From Idiomarina loihiensis L2TR (GTDB lineage Bacteria > Pseudomonadota > Gammaproteobacteria > Enterobacterales > Alteromonadaceae), in the NCBI RefSeq assembly GCF_000008465.1, contig NC_006512.1, positions 30,001-62,000 of the forward strand: a stretch of 32,000 nt of DNA. Reading direction: 5' to 3'. Positions 26,491 to 32,000 of this stretch are shown piece after piece. The translations under genes and the position numbers were made by a program. The notes below the pieces were generated by a model. That model ran no database searches. It saw only the letters and a list, made by a program, of their open reading frames with translations, and was not told the origin of the DNA. Numbering within the stretch: the first letter of the stretch is position 1; the number at the start of each line of letters is the position of its first letter.

Positions 26491-26511
26491 TTGTGGCAAG
26501 TTTTGCAGGGG
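26491..26511 (+). repeat. Right-arm motif TTGTGGCAAsTTTTGCAGkGG (islet 1 copy), 147 nt before the att core
   Basis: It matches 31621-31641 at 19 of 21 positions. Both copies start exactly 147 nt upstream of the CTCCGGAGGCGG core. Confidence 0.75.
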
Positions 26512-26637
26512 TTGGAGATAAAACGCTAAAACATCTGGCTAAATGGCCTCGTTAAAATATTCCTGAGATCCCTATAGAACGTGGCCTGCACGGTTAGTAA
26601 CTTCTCTCACCATTTAACGTCAGCCAGTCGCTATTTA

Positions 26638-26682
26638 CTCCGGAGGCGGAGGTCACAGGTTCGACTCCTGTCGGGCGCGCCA
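26638..26682 (+). repeat. Direct repeat: 3' 45 nt of tRNA-Arg(CCG), from the anticodon loop to CCA (att copy 2)
   Basis: CTCCGGAGGCGGAGGTCACAGGTTCGACTCCTGTCGGGCGCGCCA equals 21839-21884 except that it has the canonical 7-nt T-loop (TTCGACT). Confidence 0.9.
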
Positions 26683-26729
26683 TCTTTTGAAGTTCTCGCA
26701 TTGATAGTAACTATTAACTCAATTTCTCT

Positions 26730-26747
26730 TGTGTCCATTCTGTGTCC
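26730..26747 (+). repeat. 18-nt arm motif TGTGTCC-ATTC-TGTGTCC (copy 2)
   Basis: It is identical to 21999-22016 and lies 48 nt after att copy 2. Confidence 0.8.
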
Positions 26748-26912
26748 CAAATTATCTCCGACTACACGCTTACGATAACTTTGTTATTTTAGTAGGGCGT
26801 TTTACCCTTCATTGCTTTCCTAACTGTCAACAAAGCACAATTAACATATGCTGCTCTGAAAGAATTAAAAAAACGGTAATATTTTCGACAACTGGATCGT
26901 CTTTAAGTCGAG

Positions 26913-27470
26913 ATGTGTTTTTGGAGAATGACATTGCAGCAACACAAAGCGAAAATATCTGACTTGGCACTGCAACACGGGAGGCTAGTCTTTCACTGCG
27001 CATATCGACTGTTAAGCGATACACACCTTGCAGAGGATGTGACTCAAGACGTATTTATTAAACTGTTTAAAAAATCTCTTAAAAGCATGAACGAGGTGAA
27101 AAACTGGCCTGCTTATTTAAAGTCTATGGCAGTTACCACAGCGATTGATTATCTACGTCGTAATAAAAGATTAGCGGAAGACGACTTGGAAAGCGTGCCT
27201 GAAAATGAAAGTGATACATCAAGGCACCCTTTGAACCAAGTTTTACGAGACCGTGATTTGATACTGTTCAAACAAGCCCTTTTGCAATTGACAGAGCAAG
27301 ACGCTCACATATATTGCCTGCGTCATGTCGAAGGATACTCTTACCAAGAAATCGCCGAATTAATGCATGTCTCTAGCAATTCAGTCGGCGTATCCCTGCA
27401 TCGCTCACAGCTAAAACTCTCCAGTATCGTAGGTAAATCAGAATATTTAGGAGCTCGTCATGAACACTAA
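26913..27470 (+). CDS. ECF (group 4) RNA polymerase sigma factor
   Basis: Region 2 is LAEDVTQDVFIKLF ... AYLKSMAVTTAIDYLRRNKR. Region 4.2 HTH is CLRHVEGYSYQEIAELMHVSSNSVGVSLHRSQLKL. The start is either the ATG at 26913 or the ATG at 26928 (MTLQQHK). Confidence 0.85.
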   Translation: MCFWRMTLQQHKAKISDLALQHGRLVFHCAYRLLSDTHLAEDVTQDVFIKLFKKSLKSMNEVKNWPAYLKSMAVTTAIDYLRRNKRLAEDDLESVPENESDTSRHPLNQVLRDRDLILFKQALLQLTEQDAHIYCLRHVEGYSYQEIAELMHVSSNSVGVSLHRSQLKLSSIVGKSEYLGARHEH

Positions 27471-28314
27471 TCACGATTCTATTCAGACTATGCTTAATAA
27501 AGTTAAGGGACAAAAGCCTTCGGAACATGACGATATAGCAATGCAGTCCCGACTTCACGCTGCCATTGATGCACAAGACAACCCTGTAGATGAAGAAGAA
27601 CCCGGCAACGGTATGATTCGTCTTTGGAGTTGGTTAAAAACCGCCTCACAACCAAAGCGATTTGGCTTTGCTGGAACGGCTGCCGCTTTGGTGCTAACCG
27701 CTGTGTTGATTATCACCACGTCGGTGAGCAAACCTGCATTTGCATCGGTGGTCAAGAAGTTAAGCGAAATCACCAGTATGGTGTACACAGGACAAATGCA
27801 GTCGGATGACCAAGTTATTATGACAGTAGAGGTTTTTTACCAATCGCCCAGTAAAATTAGGGTGGTCAACACACCGCTTCCAGACATTGAAGGTGCACCT
27901 TCAGTAGTGAACGTGATGGATACTAAACTTGGTAAGGGGTTAATACTCTTCCCTGAACGCAAAGTTGCCATGCCTATTAATTTTACGCCTGGTCAAAACG
28001 CGAAAGAGGCGCTGGAAAATGAGTTACTTGATTGGCACACGAAAATTTTAAATTACGACGGTGAAGTGAAGAGTGAACCAGGTGTAGTTATCGATGGAAT
28101 AGAAACGACTGTCTTTACAGTGGAGCCTGAAAACATGAGATTGACTTTATGGGTCGATCCTAAGACTGAATTACCTATTCGTATAAGAGTAGAGACAATG
28201 GATGGACCGTATTTTGTTTTTGAGGCAGATGTGGCATTTAATGAAGCGATAGACCCTGAAATGTTCGACTTAGCGCCATCTGGCTATGAAATTATGGGAG
28301 CGGATTCGGAGTAA
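27460..28314 (+). CDS. Putative anti-sigma factor: single-pass membrane protein with a periplasmic LolA/RseB-like domain (domain assignment tentative)
   Basis: It overlaps the sigma gene by 11 nt, with a good SD (GGAG). It has a cytoplasmic N-terminus of about 65 aa, a TM helix (FGFAGTAAALVLTAVLIITT) and a beta-rich periplasmic part of about 195 aa. The whole protein contains no Cys, so it is not a zinc-binding ZAS anti-sigma. Confidence 0.5.
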   Translation: MNTNHDSIQTMLNKVKGQKPSEHDDIAMQSRLHAAIDAQDNPVDEEEPGNGMIRLWSWLKTASQPKRFGFAGTAAALVLTAVLIITTSVSKPAFASVVKKLSEITSMVYTGQMQSDDQVIMTVEVFYQSPSKIRVVNTPLPDIEGAPSVVNVMDTKLGKGLILFPERKVAMPINFTPGQNAKEALENELLDWHTKILNYDGEVKSEPGVVIDGIETTVFTVEPENMRLTLWVDPKTELPIRIRVETMDGPYFVFEADVAFNEAIDPEMFDLAPSGYEIMGADSE

Positions 28315-28323
28315 GCCAGGCTG

Positions 28324-28399
28324 TTGCCGAGCTCGGGCACTTGCGAATCGGCCGTGGCGCTACGGGGTTATAAACCATCAGTAATGCCCGAGTCGGCAA
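28324..28399. repeat. Long imperfect inverted repeat downstream of the sigma/anti-sigma operon
   Basis: TTGCCGAGCTCGGGCA (28324-28339) pairs with TGCCCGAGTCGGCAA (28385-28399) with one bulge and a 45-nt GC-rich loop. It is followed by AAAAGACGTTTAAAA. Confidence 0.4.
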
Positions 28400-28488
28400 A
28401 AGACGTTTAAAATGCATAAAAGTACACTGCAAAAAGTAACGGTAAATATAAAAGACAGCTTAAACCAGCGAGCAATCGCACTTTATTC

Positions 28489-28650
28489 TTACCCAATACA
28501 TCCTAGCGCCAGGAACAGTGTATTAGCCATTTCTTCGACTTTTACAATGAGAGGGCTTTTGTCTCTTCCAGATATATATCCGAGCACTTTAAACGGAAAA
28601 GGCAGAGCGACTATTGCTACTAAAATCCAGAAAGATACTTGCCAAAACAT
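28489..28650 (-). CDS. Possible 53-aa small membrane protein (not in the ORF track)
   Basis: The translation is MFWQVSFWILVAIVALPFPFKVLGYISGRDKSPLIVKVEEMANTLFLALGCIG*. An SD (AGGGAG) lies 7 nt upstream of the ATG at 28650. It lies 58 nt downstream of the XRE gene on the same strand. Confidence 0.3.
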   Translation of the reverse strand: MFWQVSFWILVAIVALPFPFKVLGYISGRDKSPLIVKVEEMANTLFLALGCIG

Positions 28651-28708
28651 GCTTAACTCCCTTTACGCACCACGACACTTTTCTAACCTGCCTTTGCCTA
28701 TTATTCTT

Positions 28709-29119
28709 CTACCAAACTTTCCGGCTATCGGCCCTGTTTACTAATTTACTTATTAAGTAAGCCGCTAAGAAAAAAGCAGACGTCGCAAAAATGTCTGGAT
28801 GTATAATCCAGGTTGCCAGTCCCAGCAACACGCTTAAGTACTCGACCCAAACGAGCTTATTTCTTCTATTGACGCCAAACAAACTTAATTTGAACCAAAC
28901 CGGTTGTTGCTTCCAGTATTTAGATTCTTTATCAATCACAGTAATTTCCTCTGTTAGCTTCGACACATCGACTTCGAACACAGAGGCCAGTGATTTAAGA
29001 GACTCCATACTTGCTTTATTACCGCTTTCTATACGTTGAATTGTTCTTACACTCAAGCCTGACATTATCGCTAATTGTTCTTGAGACCAATTCTTACGCT
29101 CTCGCAATTTTTTAATCAT
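28709..29119 (-). CDS. Membrane-anchored XRE-family HTH protein
   Basis: The N-terminal Cro/C1 HTH is LRERKNWSQEQLAIMSGLSVRTIQRIESGNKASMESLKSLASVF. The C-terminal half has two hydrophobic helices (VEYLSVLLGLATWII, ATSAFFLAAYLISKLV). An SD (AGGGGA) is present. Confidence 0.8.
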   Translation of the reverse strand: MIKKLRERKNWSQEQLAIMSGLSVRTIQRIESGNKASMESLKSLASVFEVDVSKLTEEITVIDKESKYWKQQPVWFKLSLFGVNRRNKLVWVEYLSVLLGLATWIIHPDIFATSAFFLAAYLISKLVNRADSRKVW

Positions 29120-29275
29120 TTAAATTCCCCTGGTATCTGTATTCAGGCTCAATGATGAAGCAACGACGTCGGTGTCGGTCACGAAATATACACGACAGGC
29201 GGACGACACTAACTGTAGTGGCCAAGAGAAGCAAACCACAGGTTTACGGTCTTCCTGTTCCTCTAGTTTGACTAA

Positions 29276-29602
29276 TGTCTGCCAGAAATAACGTATTCGT
29301 GTGTTGAAAAATCCTATCTGGAAGTACTCAAAGAGGTGCCTAAGCACGTCAGTTTCGAGCATGCTGACGCGCTGCTTCAGGGGTTACATAACCTGTCTCC
29401 CCGTAAGTTGGATGCGCTTTTGAAGGGCTGTTTTAATGTAAAAGTGAAACGGTTATTTTTTTGGTTAGCGGAGCGTAATCAACAGCCTTGGTTTAAATAC
29501 TTGAGGCCAGAGGAATACGACTTAGGGGCAGGTAAGAGAGTCGTAGCGGTAGATGGGCGCCTGGAAAGCAAATGGCAGATCACGGTACCCAAGGAGATGT
29601 AA
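29276..29602 (+). pseudogene. 5'-truncated AbiEi-family (type IV TA antitoxin) gene remnant
   Basis: Only the C-terminal roughly 108 codons remain. ...SYLEVLKEVPKHVSFEHADALLQGLHNLSPRKLDALL...RLFFWLAERNQQPWFKYL...YDLGAGKRVVAVDGRLESKWQITVPKEM matches, from memory, the conserved C-terminal domain of AbiEi antitoxins (ISFEHA..LFQGL.NLSPRK...IDLGSGKR...ITVP). There is no N-terminal wHTH and no plausible start. Confidence 0.55.
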
Positions 29603-29877
29603 ATTATCATGGATACTGGAGCAAATAGGTAAAAAGCTCACAGCCGAAATTCAGAATGTGACTGTCATACGCTCATTTGAAGTTAAAGAGGAGAGGGCGT
29701 TTCTTTTGACGTTTAAATCACGCCAACCGGATTGGTCATTACTCGGGCTTGATGGTATTGATCGGCTACCGGCGGTTAGCTGAAAAAACTTGGAAAACTT
29801 TCGTTGACCTTAGATCCGATTTTGGACAGCTAAGTACGGGGAAGTTTTCATGTGTAAGATGAATAGAGTATCTATTT

Positions 29878-29979
29878 TATACGTGAGTGCGTATAGATAT
29901 AAAGTTATACGCATTCGCGTGTATATCTTGACTTATACGGATTTGCGTATAATACTGGTTTCATACGAATTTGCGTATA
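29878..29979 (+). promoter_or_regulatory. hipBA control region: four TATACG-N6-CGTATA-type operators overlapping a putative promoter
   Basis: Op1 29878-29895 is TATACGTGAGTGCGTATA. Op2 29906-29925 is TATACGCATTCGCGTGTATA, a variant 2 bp longer. Op3 29934-29951 is TATACGGATTTGCGTATA. Op4 29962-29979 is CATACGAATTTGCGTATA. TTGACT (29928-29933) with a TAATAC/TATAAT region around 29948-29955 lies between and over Op3. Confidence 0.6.
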
Positions 29980-29991
29980 AGAGAGGATGTA

Positions 29992-30264
29992 ATGAAAATT
30001 ACTGATCCCAAAGCATTATCGATCTACCTACGGGATGAACGAAGACGTCGCGGCCTGAGTCAAGCTAAGGTTGGTGATTTAGTCGGACTTAGGCAGGGGA
30101 CGGTCTCTAAGTTTGAATCAATGCCAGAGAAAATGCAGCTCGATACGTTGTTTCGCTTGCTGTCCGCTTTAGAGCTCGAGCTGGAAGTGAAACCTAAAGG
30201 CACCGTTCTGAAGAAGAACGTTGATTCGTCAACGCCTGGTGATGAATGGACTGAGGAGTGGTAA
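29992..30264 (+). CDS. hipB: HipB antitoxin (XRE-family HTH)
   Basis: SD AGAGAGGA then ATG at 29992. The HTH is LRDERRRRGLSQAKVGDLVGLRQGTVSKFE. The C-terminal tail ends in Trp (…DEWTEEW). The stop overlaps the hipA ATG (TAATG). Confidence 0.85.
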   Translation: MKITDPKALSIYLRDERRRRGLSQAKVGDLVGLRQGTVSKFESMPEKMQLDTLFRLLSALELELEVKPKGTVLKKNVDSSTPGDEWTEEW

Positions 30265-31577
30265 TGAATACGCTCGACGTCTATATGAACGGCTACCGCG
30301 TAGGTCACCTGAGTCGAAATGATTCCGGCGCTCACACATTTCGTTATGATGAGATGTGGATTGATAAAGAGGGTGCACGGCCAATCTCTTTGTCTATGCC
30401 CTTACGCCATGACGCTTATTCAGGGCGCGAGGTTATTAACTTTTTTGATAACCTGCTGCCTGACAATGAGGAAGTTAGAGACCGGATTGTTGCCCGTTAT
30501 CAAGCCGACTCCGATCAAGCATTTGATCTACTGGCGGCTATTGGGAAAGATAGTGTTGGTGCATTGCAGTTCGTCCCGGCAGGAGAAAAACCAGGGAATA
30601 TTCGTGAACTGCGTTATGAAAAACTCACCGAAGAGAAGTTAGAACGTGTTTTAAAAGGCTACCAGTCCAAGGCACCTTTGGGCATGCTTCGGGAGTTGGA
30701 TGATTTTAGAATATCAATTGCTGGGGCTCAGGAAAAAACAGCCCTGTTAAAAATAGATGGTGCATGGTGTATTCCAAATGGAAACACGCCGACTACTCAT
30801 ATCATTAAACTTCCGATTGGTAAGATTCAAAGCCACGATCACACAATCGATTTAAGTGACAGCGTTGAAAATGAAATGCTCTGCTTAAAAATTGCACGAG
30901 CATTCGGTTTTGAAGCACCGGATTGTGAGGTAATTATCACACCAAATGTTAAAGCCCTCGCCATTGAGCGTTTTGATCGTACATATTCAAGTGATCATTC
31001 TTGGTTAATGCGGCTTCCTCAAGAAGATTATTGTCAGGTGCTTGGACTGCCATCTGCGCGAAAGTACGAATCGGATAACGGTCCGTCGATTGCCAGTATT
31101 ATGAAGCATCTTCAAGGGTCTGCTGATTCCACAGGTGATCGTGAGGCTTTCATGGGCGCACAGGTGCTTTTCTTTCTATTAGGCGCCACTGATGGGCACG
31201 GAAAGAATTTCTCTGTGCATATTGAGCCTTATGGGGCTTTCCGTTTAACGCCTTTGTACGACATTATTTCTGCTTATACTGCTGTGGGTGGAACAGGCAT
31301 CAATATTCGCGACTTGAGACTTGCGATGAGCTTGCGAGGGGCGGGGGGTAAAAAGCGGAACATCTATCAAATTTTTAAACGTCATTTTTTAAACGCAGCG
31401 AAAGAAGCTGAATTCAGTCCGACCAGAATGAGTGAAATTATCAACGCCCTGTGTGATCAGGTTGACGATGTTATTGAACGAGTAAAAGGCGATTTACCCA
31501 ATGATTTCCCGACAAGGGTTTCGACACCAATCTTTGATGGTATGCAAGAGCGGAAACGCCGACTACTTATCGAATGA
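30264..31577 (+). CDS. hipA: HipA-family serine/threonine kinase toxin
   Basis: The protein is 437 aa, with N-terminal MNTLDVYMNGYRVGHL. The P-loop-like FRISIAGAQEKTALL includes the autophosphorylated Ser position. The catalytic segment is GATDGHGKNFSV and LTPLYD is also present, as in E. coli HipA. Confidence 0.9.
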   Translation: MNTLDVYMNGYRVGHLSRNDSGAHTFRYDEMWIDKEGARPISLSMPLRHDAYSGREVINFFDNLLPDNEEVRDRIVARYQADSDQAFDLLAAIGKDSVGALQFVPAGEKPGNIRELRYEKLTEEKLERVLKGYQSKAPLGMLRELDDFRISIAGAQEKTALLKIDGAWCIPNGNTPTTHIIKLPIGKIQSHDHTIDLSDSVENEMLCLKIARAFGFEAPDCEVIITPNVKALAIERFDRTYSSDHSWLMRLPQEDYCQVLGLPSARKYESDNGPSIASIMKHLQGSADSTGDREAFMGAQVLFFLLGATDGHGKNFSVHIEPYGAFRLTPLYDIISAYTAVGGTGINIRDLRLAMSLRGAGGKKRNIYQIFKRHFLNAAKEAEFSPTRMSEIINALCDQVDDVIERVKGDLPNDFPTRVSTPIFDGMQERKRRLLIE

Positions 31578-31620
31578 GCACTTCCTACTGACTAATGACC
31601 CATTTTGACTTAGTAATAAC

Positions 31621-31641
31621 TTGTGGCAACTTTTGCAGTGG
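31621..31641 (+). repeat. Right-arm motif TTGTGGCAAsTTTTGCAGkGG (islet 2 copy), 147 nt before the att vestige
   Basis: See 26491-26511. Further shared blocks are GGCTAAA at the same offset (26537 / 31667) and GCACGGTTA at 26588 / 31728. Confidence 0.75.
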
Positions 31642-31767
31642 CTTGTTTTGTTCCGTTCTAATGTGCGGCTAAACGTCTTAGCCGCGCAACTCATTAAGTT
31701 ATTGATATAACGATTAAACTCAGTTTCGCACGGTTAACGCGATACTACCCAGTTTCGTAGGTTTTTG

Positions 31768-31779
31768 CTCCGGAGGCGG
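31768..31779 (+). repeat. Vestigial att copy 3: CTCCGGAGGCGG
   Basis: This 12-nt exact match to the start of the tRNA-derived repeat begins at the same base as copies 1 and 2. The sequence diverges afterwards (GGGGGTAGAAAC versus AGGTCACAGG). Confidence 0.55.
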
Positions 31780-31795
31780 GGGGGTAGAAACACTC

Positions 31796-32000
31796 TTAAT
31801 ATAGTAGCGCATCAATCAACCAAGCCGATAGTTGGTTGCGACCACTTAAACCAGACTTAGCATAGACTGACGATGCCTGCTGGCGGACAGTCTTTTCTTT
31901 GGTACTACGGACTTCGGCTATTTCGTTAAAGCTTAACCCTTTGATTAATAACACTGCAACCTCTTGCTCACTGGGAGACAGCTTCCATTGTTTGAACCAA
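31796..32000 (-). CDS. LuxR/GerE-type HTH regulator, C-terminal part (5' end beyond the window)
   Basis: The reverse translation is ...WKLSPSEQEVAVLLIKGLSFNEIAEVRSTKEKTVRQQASSVYAKSGLSGRNQLSAWLIDALLY*, a classic GerE helix-turn-helix. The stop is at 31796-31798. Confidence 0.8.
   Translation of the reverse strand, partial: WFKQWKLSPSEQEVAVLLIKGLSFNEIAEVRSTKEKTVRQQASSVYAKSGLSGRNQLSAWLIDALLY

Larger units (their letters stand above)
21885..26682 (+). mobile_element. Islet 1: integrase-less genomic islet between tRNA-Arg and a 45-nt direct copy of its 3' segment
   Basis: It is bounded by direct repeats at 21839-21884 and 26638-26682. Cargo is accessory-type (orphan ORF, deaminase, IS3 remnant, EamA/LysR). 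The region looks AT-richer than the core by eye. No recombinase ORF is present. Confidence 0.6.
26683..31779 (+). mobile_element. Islet 2: second integrase-less islet, ending in a 12-nt vestige of the att core
   Basis: It starts at att copy 2 and ends at CTCCGGAGGCGG (31768-31779). It shares left and right arm motifs with islet 1. Cargo is ECF sigma module, XRE regulator, AbiE remnant and hipBA. No recombinase ORF is present. Confidence 0.5.

Noticed and set aside
26780-26912. Autoregulated ECF-type promoter (AAC-N16/17-CGT) upstream of the sigma gene
   Set aside because: The only CGTC (in GGATCGTCTT) has no AAC-containing -35 element at the right distance, so no supported promoter call can be made.
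28412-28744. 110-aa ORF on the + strand
   Set aside because: It has no SD and an odd composition (LPLPIILLPNFPAIGPVY). It overlaps the XRE gene's 3' end and lies opposite a small ORF with a much better translation-initiation context.
29120-29362. 80-aa ORF on the minus strand
   Set aside because: It lies in the XRE promoter / AbiEi remnant region, has no SD and no family resemblance, and overlaps the recognisable AbiEi reading frame.
1-32000. CRISPR arrays, rRNA genes, retron/DGR-type repeats, intact prophage or conjugation genes
   Set aside because: I saw no regularly spaced direct repeats, no rRNA-like sequence, and no reverse transcriptase, capsid, terminase or T4SS ORFs when reading the sequence and ORF track.

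Overview
This looks like a gammaproteobacterial chromosome segment. The gene order polA / engB / cytochrome c4 / yihI / cysE ... purEK ... alr / cioAB resembles Alteromonadales, but that taxon is inference. Bases 1-21.8 kb are ordinary core genes: the polA 3' end, an EamA transporter, engB, dihaem cytochrome c4, yihI, cysE, an Aer-like PAS-MCP, a cspA-family gene, an isochorismatase-family hydrolase and purEK. They continue with a translationally coupled S9 peptidase / prephenate dehydratase / carboxylesterase operon, alr, a cioAB-type cytochrome bd oxidase followed by a 34-aa ORF missing from the ORF track, an amidohydrolase lipoprotein, a class-C-like serine hydrolase, and a divergent GST / YafY (WYL) pair. 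A tRNA-Arg(CCG) gene at 21807 opens about 10 kb of accessory DNA. I read this as two tandem islets without an integrase. Each ends in a direct copy of the tRNA segment that starts in the anticodon loop: 45 nt at 26638-26682 and a 12-nt vestige at 31768-31779. The two islets also share diverged but co-linear arm motifs. Islet 1 carries an orphan 112-aa ORF, a stand-alone RibD-like deaminase, a decayed IS3 transposase and an EamA/LysR pair. Islet 2 carries an ECF sigma / membrane partner pair, a membrane-anchored XRE regulator, a decayed AbiE module and an intact hipBA with a four-operator array. I saw no CRISPR array, rRNA or intact integrase/transposase. I did not find a convincing, complete, novel multi-gene system. 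The best leads are the integrase-less tandem att array, the variant T-loop in the only intact tRNA copy, the hipBA operator array, the deaminase cassette and a terminator-bounded candidate sRNA locus. All family assignments come from reading the translations by eye; no database search was run.
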